From NCBI GenBank assembly GCA_013138675.1, contig WTCH01000145.1:1-45374 (forward strand): a DNA stretch of 45,374 bases, read 5' to 3'. Numbering within the stretch: the stretch's first letter is position 1; each line of letters opens with the position of its first letter. This document shows, piece after piece, positions 1-8,162 of this stretch. The stretch is from Woeseiaceae bacterium (lineage in GTDB: Bacteria; Pseudomonadota; Gammaproteobacteria; Steroidobacterales; Woeseiaceae). Below the pieces are notes generated by a model. That model searched no databases. It was not told the origin of the DNA and saw only the letters and a list, made by a program, of their open reading frames with translations. Position numbers and translations under genes: made by a program.

Positions 1-1
1 C

Positions 2-409
2 TGGTCAAAAGGCGAAATCGACGTGTCCGACCTGCCAGTGTCCGACTGGAGCCCGCAGGCAACGATTCATTTCATCAACAGCCTCGACGCCGACCTGTCT
101 ACAGACAAGCTCAGTGAAATCGACGCCACATTGGGCCTGAGCGAGACACAGAACGCGGAGATCGGCAGGACCTGGTTTATCCAGGTCGCGGAGCGTCGAC
201 ACCGCCCGGCATATGATGGTCTCGCCAGGCACCTGCAGCGATTTGGCCGTACCCGGCTCGTACGGCCCGTTTATGTCGCGCTCGCGCAAAACGGCGAAGA
301 TGCCGCGTTGGCAAAGCAACTGTTTGGCGAAGCCCGTGGAGGCTATCACCCACTAACCAATGCCAGTATCGAGCGCGCCTTCAGGAGAATGTCCGAGACG
401 GGGGAGTAA
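2..409 (+). CDS. M1-family aminopeptidase, C-terminal leukotriene-A4-hydrolase-type domain (5' end outside window)
   Basis: The reading frame is open from the window edge. The helical C-terminal pattern (NAEIGRTW, GRTRLVRPVYVALA, GGYHPLT) resembles the LTA4H / cold-active aminopeptidase C-terminus. Confidence 0.6.
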   Translation, partial: WSKGEIDVSDLPVSDWSPQATIHFINSLDADLSTDKLSEIDATLGLSETQNAEIGRTWFIQVAERRHRPAYDGLARHLQRFGRTRLVRPVYVALAQNGEDAALAKQLFGEARGGYHPLTNASIERAFRRMSETGE

Positions 410-470
410 TGGCGAAAATGTCGCACTTCATCTATTCTTAAAGCACTCGCACAACAAACAGTGCTCCGGA

Positions 471-842
471 ATGGAAAACAAGCTCATCGTAACGTTTGAG
501 GGCGATCACGTGCTGGTGATTGCTGACGGTGATAAAGACTATCGTTACATGGAAACGCTCTGGCGCGAAGTTGCAGCGACCTGTGATCAAAACGAATGTT
601 ACAACGTACTCGGGATTGCCAATACCACGACGCCGGTCGAGGCCGTTGAAGGGTATGATCTGCCAACGATCTTCAGAGAGCTCCGCATCGGGCAGCACTA
701 TCGAATCGCGTGGGTGGAAAAAGAACAGGACGCCCGGGACATGGTCGAATTCGTAGTGACCGTTCTGAATAATCGTGGAATGCCTGGTCGTTTATTCGAC
801 ACAGAGGCCGAGGCGCGGCAATGGTTACTGGGTTCTGATTGA
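471..842 (+). CDS. hypothetical cytoplasmic protein (~123 aa)
   Basis: ATG at 471 (MENKLIVTFEGDHVLV...) after trimming an implausible upstream extension that overlaps the previous gene. Non-repetitive, balanced composition. I do not recognise a family with any confidence. Confidence 0.5.
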   Translation: MENKLIVTFEGDHVLVIADGDKDYRYMETLWREVAATCDQNECYNVLGIANTTTPVEAVEGYDLPTIFRELRIGQHYRIAWVEKEQDARDMVEFVVTVLNNRGMPGRLFDTEAEARQWLLGSD

Positions 843-853
843 AAGGGAGCGGC

Positions 854-1264
854 ATGGACATTTTCGGCAAAGTGGAGCGTGGAATAGCAATCATGCTATT
901 GGTGCTCATGGGTATCGTCGTCATCTCGGGCACGCTCGAGGTTGCCTACATCGTTCTCACCGACCTGTTCAAGCCGCCGGGCTTTTTTCTTGGCGTAGAA
1001 GACCTGTTCGATGCATTCGGCTTGTTCCTGATGGTTCTGATAGGGCTTGAGCTCATGTCGAGCATCAAAATGTACCTCGATGACAGCGTGATTCATGCTG
1101 AGATGATGTTCCTTGTCGCGCTTACTGCCGTGGCGCGAAAAGTCGTCATTCTCGATGCGAAAGCCATCGATGCGATGACGGTGTTCGCTATAGCTGCACT
1201 AGTGATCGCATTATCTGGCGGCTATTACTTTATTAAGAAGACGAACGCACCTCGCCCAGGCTAA
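854..1264 (+). CDS. PsiE-family (phosphate-starvation-inducible E-like) membrane protein
   Basis: ATG at 854 with GGGAG 5-8 nt upstream. About four hydrophobic helices. The motif LIGLELMSSIKMY...VALTAVARKVVILD is typical of PsiE-like proteins. Confidence 0.6.
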   Translation: MDIFGKVERGIAIMLLVLMGIVVISGTLEVAYIVLTDLFKPPGFFLGVEDLFDAFGLFLMVLIGLELMSSIKMYLDDSVIHAEMMFLVALTAVARKVVILDAKAIDAMTVFAIAALVIALSGGYYFIKKTNAPRPG

Positions 1265-1344
1265 CGCGGCAACAATGCGGGCGACCTAATTGCCCGAGGT
1301 CTTTACGTTCACCTCACAACTTTCACCGTAAAGGAGCCGTTTCC

Positions 1345-1779
1345 GTGCTACGTATCGAGTCCGTCAATCACGTTGGAATTCGCGTCAGCGACAAGCAGCA
1401 GTCCATCGGTTTTTACGAGCGCCTTGGATTTAGCTTGCTCAGCGATGTCGGCTTTGAGAAAGGTCATCCGGTAATCATGAAACATGCAAGCGGGGTCGTC
1501 CTGAATCTGCTCGGCCCTGCGACTGTTGCTGATCAGACCAACATCCTCATGGATGTAGATCAAAAATATACAGGCATTACCCACGTTGCCCTCACGGTCA
1601 CGTCACTCGATGAGACAAGGGATTTTCTCGAGCAAAGCGGAATCAAAATTACCGGATCGTTCAGCTTCGGCAACATGGCGGCCGTGTTCATTCGGGATCC
1701 GGACCGCAACGTCATCGAATTGGACGCCTACGGCGACGACAAGCCCGATGACATGGGCGATTACTCGAATCACCCGTGA
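1345..1779 (+). CDS. VOC-family (glyoxalase/bleomycin-resistance/dioxygenase) protein
   Basis: GTG start. N-terminal VNHVGIRVSD...SIGFYERLGF and C-terminal FIRDPDRNVIEL are classic VOC beta-alpha-beta-beta-beta signatures. Confidence 0.8.
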   Translation: MLRIESVNHVGIRVSDKQQSIGFYERLGFSLLSDVGFEKGHPVIMKHASGVVLNLLGPATVADQTNILMDVDQKYTGITHVALTVTSLDETRDFLEQSGIKITGSFSFGNMAAVFIRDPDRNVIELDAYGDDKPDDMGDYSNHP

Positions 1780-2180
1780 GCGCCGTGAGTTACAAAGGTC
1801 GCTGCTTCTGTGGCAACGTCAAATTCACTGTGACGGGGCCGGACCAATACGCCTGCTTCTGCCATTGCGAGAGCTGCCGGCGCGCCGCAGGCGGCACCAG
1901 CGTGCCCTGGGCGACGTTTGCCAGGGAAGACTTCGTTGTGACTGACGGCGAGATGGCGGCGCACTGCTCGGCACCAGGGGTGACTCGGGGCCTATGCACG
2001 GTATGCGGTACGTCGCTCACCTACGAAAACGAGAATCGTCCCGGCCAGATTGACGTCACTCTGACAAGCTTCGAGGACCCCTCGGCGTTTTCTCCCAGGT
2101 CCCATATCTGGGTCGAGGACAAGCTGCCCTGGGTGACGATTGACGACGGCTTGCCGCAGCACGACAAAAACGCAGGGTAA
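1776..2180 (+). CDS. GFA-family (CENP-V / glutathione-dependent formaldehyde-activating) zinc protein
   Basis: The Cys pattern CFCGNV...CHCESCRRAAG...CTVCGT is characteristic of the GFA domain. GTGA overlap with the upstream VOC gene. Confidence 0.8.
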   Translation: MSAVSYKGRCFCGNVKFTVTGPDQYACFCHCESCRRAAGGTSVPWATFAREDFVVTDGEMAAHCSAPGVTRGLCTVCGTSLTYENENRPGQIDVTLTSFEDPSAFSPRSHIWVEDKLPWVTIDDGLPQHDKNAG

Positions 2181-2206
2181 ACCTCGTTGTTCGCGCCGCG
2201 GGTCTT

Positions 2207-3463
2207 TTAGCGCTTCATTGCCTCGAAGAACTGGGAATTGGTCTTCGTGTCCTGCATTTTGTTAAGTAAGAACTCAACGGCAGCAAGCTCGTCCATCGGG
2301 TGCAGGACCTTGCGCAGAACCCACATCTTCTGCAGTTCTTCAGGAACGGTCAGCAGTTCTTCTTTACGCGTTCCGGAACGATTGATGTTGATCGCCGGGA
2401 ACACGCGCTTCTCGGCAATACGGCGATCCAAGTGGATTTCCATGTTGCCCGTGCCTTTGAACTCTTCGTAGATGACTTCGTCCATCTTCGATCCCGTGTC
2501 GACCAGTGCCGTCGCGAGAATTGTCAGGCTTCCGCCCTCTTCAATGTTACGTGCAGCGCCAAAGAACCGTTTCGGCCTGTGCAGAGCATTCGCATCCACA
2601 CCGCCGGTCAGTACTTTGCCTGATGATGGTACAACCGTGTTGTAGGCACGCGCGAGGCGCGTAATCGAATCGAGCAGGATGACGACGTCGCGTTTGTGCT
2701 CGACGAGGCGCTTGGCCTTTTCGATGACCATTTCGGCGACCTGAACGTGGCGACTGGCGGGCTCGTCGAACGTGGATGACACGACTTCACCGCGAACCGT
2801 GCGCTCCATCTCGGTAACCTCTTCCGGGCGCTCGTCAATGAGCAGCACGATGAGATCGACATCGGGAGAGTTAGCGCAGATCGCAGATGCCATGTTCTGC
2901 AACAACATCGTCTTGCCGGCCTTCGGCGGCGAGACGATCAATCCGCGCTGGCCTTTGCCGATCGGCGCAACCATATCAATGATGCGTGCCGTCAGGTCTT
3001 CGGTACTGCCATTACCCTGCTCGAGCGGCAGGCGCTCGGTCGGGAACAGCGGTGTAAGGTTCTCAAAAAGGACCTTGGTGCGTGCGTTCTCAGGCGAGTC
3101 ATGGTTGATCTGCCCGACCTTGAGCAACGCGAAATAGCGCTCACCATCTTTTGGCGGCCGGATGAGACCCGATACCGTGTCACCGGTGCGCAGCGCGAAA
3201 CGCCGAATCTGGCTTGGGCTGACGTAAATGTCGTCAGGGCCGGCCAGGTAGGAGGCGTCCGAAGAGCGCAGAAAGCCGAAGCCATCCTGCAAGATCTCCA
3301 GGACACCATCGCCGTAAATATCTTCACCATTCTGGGCATGCGCCTTGAGGATCGCGAAGATCATGTCTTGCTTGCGCTGGCGCGCGAGACCTTCCAGTCC
3401 GAGCTTTTCACCGAGTGTGACAAGATCGGCTGCTGGCCGGTTCTTGAGCTCGCTCAGGTTCAT
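2207..3463 (-). CDS. rho: transcription termination factor Rho
   Basis: From [25 protein letters not shown]... the protein is collinear with E. coli Rho. It has the Walker A motif PPKAGKT and the C-terminal [18 protein letters not shown]. The ATG at 3463 is the canonical start. The ORF track extends 58 codons further to a GTG at 3637 (see finding). Confidence 0.95.
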   Translation of the reverse strand: MNLSELKNRPAADLVTLGEKLGLEGLARQRKQDMIFAILKAHAQNGEDIYGDGVLEILQDGFGFLRSSDASYLAGPDDIYVSPSQIRRFALRTGDTVSGLIRPPKDGERYFALLKVGQINHDSPENARTKVLFENLTPLFPTERLPLEQGNGSTEDLTARIIDMVAPIGKGQRGLIVSPPKAGKTMLLQNMASAICANSPDVDLIVLLIDERPEEVTEMERTVRGEVVSSTFDEPASRHVQVAEMVIEKAKRLVEHKRDVVILLDSITRLARAYNTVVPSSGKVLTGGVDANALHRPKRFFGAARNIEEGGSLTILATALVDTGSKMDEVIYEEFKGTGNMEIHLDRRIAEKRVFPAININRSGTRKEELLTVPEELQKMWVLRKVLHPMDELAAVEFLLNKMQDTKTNSQFFEAMKR

Positions 3464-3633
3464 GCTGTTTTTGCTCGCTTCGAGCTGCTCGGGCGGAATT
3501 ACCTCGACGTTACCGTCATCCTCCGGATACTCAGACTGCTGAGGCCGGCGGCGCCGACGGCGGTTCGTGTTGCCCTTGTTCTTGTTGCCTGACTTATTAG
3601 GTCGGCTGGTTGTTTGATTACCCAAGTACCCTC
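3464..3633 (-). promoter_or_regulatory. rho 5' leader, C-rich/G-poor on the mRNA strand (possible rut-like autoregulatory region), or alternatively an in-frame N-terminal extension
   Basis: 170 nt lie between the trxA stop and the canonical rho ATG. The mRNA sense strand reads caaacaaccagccgacctaataagtcaggcaacaagaacaagggcaacacgaacc, which is C/A rich with few G. Confidence 0.35.
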
Positions 3634-3960
3634 TCACAGATTGGAGTCCAGGAACTCAGTCAGTTGCGATTTGGAAAACGCACCGACCTTTTGTGCCTGG
3701 ACTGCGCCATCTTTAAATAGCATTAATGTAGGAATGCTGCGGATGCCGAATTTGGCCGCTATATTCGGACTTTCGTCGACATTCAGTTTTACGACCGACA
3801 TCTTGTCCGCGTACTCTGTCGCAGCTTCATCAAGGAACGGAGCGATCATTTTGCAGGGTCCGCACCATTCAGCCCAGAAATCGACCAGGGCAGGTTTTTC
3901 AGATTTAATGACGTCAGCATCAAAATTGCTGTCATTGGTGTGCACGAGATTGTCGCTCAC
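3634..3960 (-). CDS. trxA: thioredoxin 1
   Basis: 108 aa with the WAEWCGPCK active site. Full-length similarity to E. coli TrxA, and located directly upstream of rho as in enterics. Confidence 0.95.
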   Translation of the reverse strand: MSDNLVHTNDSNFDADVIKSEKPALVDFWAEWCGPCKMIAPFLDEAATEYADKMSVVKLNVDESPNIAAKFGIRSIPTLMLFKDGAVQAQKVGAFSKSQLTEFLDSNL

Positions 3961-4191
3961 CGGCTACTTCCTCCACATGAAAACGGAAATTGAACTCTAT
4001 AAAATGGATGACGCTGCCTTCTCTATCAGGCACTATGTCGCAGCTTTGTTGCCGACGTGTCAGGCTTCTTTGACGAATCGATGAATGCGAAACTGGCAGG
4101 TGCGACGATTGTCGCGTCGAATTAAGACCAATTTGAACGCGTCACGAGCCATTTTGCAAGCATTTAATGCACTTTTTAAGGCCCCCCGATC

Positions 4192-5463
4192 ATGTCAGAT
4201 AACCATCTGAGCGACCTCAGATTTGATGCACTTGCGCTGCAGGACAGCGTGCACGCGGGCATCCGTGATGCAGGCTTCGAGTTCTGTACACCCATCCAGG
4301 CCAGCACTTTGCCTATAGCCCTGGAACCCCGAGACGTTGCGGGCCAGGCACAGACCGGCACAGGCAAGACGGCAGCTTTCCTGGTCGCGACATTCGAGAA
4401 GCTGCTTGCCTCGACCCCGGACCCGGAGCAAAAGAAACAGCCGCGCGCCTTCATGCTCGCGCCTACGCGGGAACTTGCGATGCAGATTGCCAAGGACGCC
4501 GAATTGCTCGGCAAACACACAGGCTTCAAGATTGGACTGGCCTACGGCGGCACAGACTACGAAAAGCAACGACGTATTATAGAGAATGGCATCGATATCC
4601 TTATCGGCACGCCCGGGCGCATCATCGACTACTTCAAGCAGGGCGTTTTCAAGCTGAACAAAGTCGAAGTCGCCGTTCTGGACGAGGCGGATCGCATGTT
4701 CGACCTGGGCTTCATCAAGGATATTCGCTATCTGCTCCGACGGCTTCCCGACCCTGACAAGCGACTCAATATGTTGTTCTCTGCGACGCTGTCGCAGCGT
4801 GTCATGGAACTCGCATTCGAGCACATGAATGAGCCGGAGCTCATTCGCATCGAACCGGACAAGGTCACTGTGGACCGCGTACGCCAGGCCATATTCTTCC
4901 CCTCGAATGAAGACAAGTTGCCGTTGCTGGTCGGCCTGATCCGTGAGATGGGCACCGGCCGCATCATGGTATTCGTCAACATGAAGCGCGACGCCGAACG
5001 TGTCGAAGCTACGCTTGAGGCCAATGGCGTGCAAGCGAAAGCGATTTCGGGCGATGTACCGCAGAAAAAGCGGCAGCGCCTGTTGCTGGAGTTCCAGAGC
5101 GGAGACCTACAGGTTTTGATCGGTACCGATGTTGCCTCCCGCGGCCTGCACATTCCTGATGTTCAATACGTCATAAATTATGACCTACCGCAGGACTCGG
5201 AAGATTACGTGCATCGCATCGGACGCACAGCGCGCGCCGGTGCAGCAGGCAATGCGATCAGTTTTGGCTGCGAATCGTATGCCATGTCTTTGCCGGACAT
5301 CGAAGACTTCATCGGCCATAAAATTCCGGTCGCGAAGTACGACCCGGCGCTAATGCCCGAACTCATCAAACCGAAGCGCAAGCCACGGCAACAATCAGGG
5401 CAGCAGCGCGGTCGGTCCGGCGACAATCGAGGATCCCGGCGGCGACCGCCGAGAAGGTCGTAG
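4192..5463 (+). CDS. rhlB: ATP-dependent DEAD-box RNA helicase RhlB
   Basis: Q-motif FTPIQ, AQTGTGKT, DEAD, SAT, HRIGRTARAG and an Arg-rich C-terminal tail. Divergent from trxA-rho, as in E. coli. Confidence 0.9.
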   Translation: MSDNHLSDLRFDALALQDSVHAGIRDAGFEFCTPIQASTLPIALEPRDVAGQAQTGTGKTAAFLVATFEKLLASTPDPEQKKQPRAFMLAPTRELAMQIAKDAELLGKHTGFKIGLAYGGTDYEKQRRIIENGIDILIGTPGRIIDYFKQGVFKLNKVEVAVLDEADRMFDLGFIKDIRYLLRRLPDPDKRLNMLFSATLSQRVMELAFEHMNEPELIRIEPDKVTVDRVRQAIFFPSNEDKLPLLVGLIREMGTGRIMVFVNMKRDAERVEATLEANGVQAKAISGDVPQKKRQRLLLEFQSGDLQVLIGTDVASRGLHIPDVQYVINYDLPQDSEDYVHRIGRTARAGAAGNAISFGCESYAMSLPDIEDFIGHKIPVAKYDPALMPELIKPKRKPRQQSGQQRGRSGDNRGSRRRPPRRS

Positions 5464-5529
5464 GAGCTGCGCTTGCGCTGCGACTGTCGCGCTGGCCACG
5501 TGCCCTAGGGGTGCAAGCAGCGCTCCTAC
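5460..5529. repeat. inverted pair of GTAGGAG-headed REP-like elements between convergent genes
   Basis: gtaggagctgcgcttgc (5460-5476) faces gcaagcagcgctcctac (5513-5529). 5460-5481 is the exact reverse complement of 42627-42648. Confidence 0.8.
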
Positions 5530-6188
5530 AACAAGTCCCTCACACCATTTACGCCCGGGAACTCCCCATTCTCCCGCGGTGGCTCAGTCGTATCCGGATG
5601 GGTCACGACCACAGGCATGCGAATGCCGTATTCAGCAGCGCTTCGCAGCACCGGCACCGTGTCATCCACGAACACCGTTGTTTCGGGATCGAACCTCTCC
5701 GCTTCCTGCAGCAAGCGCCAGAACTCCTGATCTTCCTTTGCATACCCGTAGGTATGCGAGCTGTGAATATTGTCGAAATACCCGCCAAACCCCAGTGTGT
5801 CTTCTTTAAGCTTTAACGTATCCGGGTGCGAGTTCGTCACGAGAAGAACCCTGATGTCCGCTGCCCGGACTTTCTCAAGAAAGGTCTGCGCACCGGGCAG
5901 GTATTCGATGCGGTCATGCACTTCGTGATGTAGTGCCAGCACGTCGAAGCCCAGGCGCTCACTCCAGTGATCGAGGCAGTACCACTCGAGGTCGCCCTGG
6001 ATTGACAGGTACTTGGCATACAGACGGTCGCGCGCCACCGTGTAGTCCAGCCCGTTGTGACTCGCATAGCGGCCCACCACGAGCTCTTTCCAAACATAGG
6101 TATCGAACGCCAGGTCAAGAATGGTCCCGTCCATATCGAGCATCAACGTTTCGCAGCGCTTCATGGCTGTTTTCGGATCGATTGTCAC
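5526..6188 (-). CDS. yrfG: HAD-family GMP/IMP nucleotidase YrfG-like
   Basis: MLDMDGTILDLAFDTYVWKE...WYCLDHWSERLGFD...FVDD is collinear with E. coli YrfG. Confidence 0.8.
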   Translation of the reverse strand: MTIDPKTAMKRCETLMLDMDGTILDLAFDTYVWKELVVGRYASHNGLDYTVARDRLYAKYLSIQGDLEWYCLDHWSERLGFDVLALHHEVHDRIEYLPGAQTFLEKVRAADIRVLLVTNSHPDTLKLKEDTLGFGGYFDNIHSSHTYGYAKEDQEFWRLLQEAERFDPETTVFVDDTVPVLRSAAEYGIRMPVVVTHPDTTEPPRENGEFPGVNGVRDLL

Positions 6189-6229
6189 TGTTCTATACTG
6201 CGCGCCCCTGTTCGCGTGCGGATATTTGA

Positions 6230-7030
6230 ATGAACCTGAATGAACTTATTAACCCGATCGTCGATCTCGCCGTCGATGCGGGCAAAGCGATCCTCGAAGT
6301 CTACGCCACCGATTTTGACGTTCAAGAGAAAGGTGATAAATCTCCACTGACACAGGCGGATCTTGCGTCGCATCACTGCATCGTAAGAGGCCTCGGCGTG
6401 CTAACGCCCGACATTCCAGTCATCTCCGAGGAAGAAGGATTGCCGAGCTTCGCTGAGCGTGGCCAGTGGCAGCGCTACTGGCTGATCGACCCGCTCGATG
6501 GCACCAAGGAATTTGTTAATCGTAATGGCGAATTCACGGTCAACATCGCGCTAATCGACTCAAATCGACCCATATTCGGTGTGGTGCATGTACCGGTACA
6601 GGATAAGACTTACATCGGCTGTGAAGGACACGGCTCCGAGCTCCGCGAGGGTGGTTCGATCACGTCAATCAGCGTGGCTGCGATAAGCGGCGATCCTGTG
6701 CGCATTGTCGGCAGTCGCTCGCACCGCGGCTCCAGCCTCGACGCATTTCTCGCGAAGGTGGGCGAATCCGACATGCTGCCCATGGGCAGCTCGCTTAAGT
6801 TCTGCGTCGTGGCCGAGGGTCGGGCGGACATCTACCCACGTCTTGGCCCGACCTCCGAATGGGATACGGCGGCCGCCCAGGCTGTCGTCGAGCAGGCGGG
6901 CGGCAAGGTCCTCGAGCTTGACGGTAAGCCCTTGTCCTATAACGCAAAAGAAGACATCCTGAACCCGTGGTTTGTTGTCATCGGAGGCACGGACCGGGAC
7001 TGGCTGGCGCTGCTTGCAAGCGACGAGTAG
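6230..7030 (+). CDS. cysQ: 3'(2'),5'-bisphosphate nucleotidase CysQ
   Basis: KGDKSPLTQADL, VISEE, WLIDPLDGTKEF, GEFTVNIALI, GSSLKFCVVAEG and WDTAAAQAVV match the CysQ / inositol monophosphatase family. Confidence 0.85.
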   Translation: MNLNELINPIVDLAVDAGKAILEVYATDFDVQEKGDKSPLTQADLASHHCIVRGLGVLTPDIPVISEEEGLPSFAERGQWQRYWLIDPLDGTKEFVNRNGEFTVNIALIDSNRPIFGVVHVPVQDKTYIGCEGHGSELREGGSITSISVAAISGDPVRIVGSRSHRGSSLDAFLAKVGESDMLPMGSSLKFCVVAEGRADIYPRLGPTSEWDTAAAQAVVEQAGGKVLELDGKPLSYNAKEDILNPWFVVIGGTDRDWLALLASDE

Positions 7031-7041
7031 CATGAGCGGAA

Positions 7042-7257
7042 ATGACCGATAAAGTCGATACTGAATCATTCAAAAATCTCGAGAGGCTACGCGAACTGCG
7101 AGTAAGCCACCGCGATCTTGACTACCTGATAGATCGGCTGCAACACGACCCAATGGTCGACCAGTTGCGCATTCGGCGCCTCAAGAAACGCAAGTTGCTG
7201 ATCAAAGACATGATCGCGTCACTCGAGAGCGAGCTGATTCCCGACCTCGACGCCTAG
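7042..7257 (+). CDS. DUF465 (YdcH-like) small coiled-coil protein
   Basis: 71 aa. The pattern LRELRVSHRDLDYLIDRL...QLRIRRLKKRKLLIKD is typical of DUF465. Confidence 0.7.
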   Translation: MTDKVDTESFKNLERLRELRVSHRDLDYLIDRLQHDPMVDQLRIRRLKKRKLLIKDMIASLESELIPDLDA

Positions 7258-8162
7258 GGCTTCGGCCCGATGTGAATGTCGCCTCGTTCCCGGGCGAGTT
7301 CGATCTGTCTTTGGCGTTCGCGCAGGCCCGCTGCCCTTTCCTCGTCAAGGTCGTTGATACATTTGGGACAGGACACGCCCTCCTGGTAGTCCGGTGACGC
7401 CATTTCCTCGGTACTTAATGGTCGCCGGCAAGCGTGACACTGAACATAGCCACCCTCGGCGAGATCACGGTCCACCGCGACGCGCGTATCGAACACAAAG
7501 CATTCGCCGTCCCACTGGTTTTCTTGTGCCGGCATTTCCTCAAGGTATTTGAGAATACCGCCCTGCAGGTGATAGACCTCTTCAAATCCGAGTTCCAGCA
7601 TCAGCGCAGTCGCCTTTTCACAGCGAATCCCGCCCGTGCAGAACATGGCAAGTGGCCGATCTTTCGAGGTCTCGGCGAGCTTCTGTGCGAACTCGGGAAA
7701 TTCCCGGAAGCTGTCCGTCTTGGGATCAATCGCGTGCGGGAAAGTGCCGACTTCGAATTCGTAGCTGTTGCGCGTATCAATAACAACCACATCCGGGTTT
7801 GAAATAAGTTCGTTCCATTTTTCGCCGGAGACGTAGGTGCCCGTCTGCTTATGCGGCAGTATGTCGGGACGCCCGAGCGTGACAATCTCCTTTTTCAGCT
7901 TGACGCGCATGCGCCGAAACGGCGGCTCCGATACAGCGTTCCAGCGTGCTTCGACAGGACTATCGAGCTCCAGGGTCTCTTCGATCCACGCAAATACGTG
8001 GCTGATCGCACTTTCCTCCCCGGTTATGGAGCCGTTAAAACCTTCATTCGCGACAAGAATTGTGCCGAGCAGGCCCTGCTCATCACAGACGCCCTGCAAC
8101 GCGCTCTTGAAGCCTTCCGGATCTGACAAATCCAGGAAACGGTAAAACGATGCAACTTTCAT
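7254..8162 (-). CDS. trhO: rhodanese-domain tRNA U34 hydroxylase TrhO (YceA/UPF0176)
   Basis: FYRF N-terminus, the rhodanese active-site loop FCTGGIRCEKA, and a C-terminal Cys cluster CHACRRP...CPKC. Confidence 0.85.
   Translation of the reverse strand: MKVASFYRFLDLSDPEGFKSALQGVCDEQGLLGTILVANEGFNGSITGEESAISHVFAWIEETLELDSPVEARWNAVSEPPFRRMRVKLKKEIVTLGRPDILPHKQTGTYVSGEKWNELISNPDVVVIDTRNSYEFEVGTFPHAIDPKTDSFREFPEFAQKLAETSKDRPLAMFCTGGIRCEKATALMLELGFEEVYHLQGGILKYLEEMPAQENQWDGECFVFDTRVAVDRDLAEGGYVQCHACRRPLSTEEMASPDYQEGVSCPKCINDLDEERAAGLRERQRQIELARERGDIHIGPKP

Noticed and set aside
4195-5034. 279-aa ORF antisense to rhlB
   Set aside because: It lies entirely inside the well-supported DEAD-box helicase gene. 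The translation has low information content and is rich in Arg, Ala and Leu. This is the expected shadow ORF of a high-GC gene.
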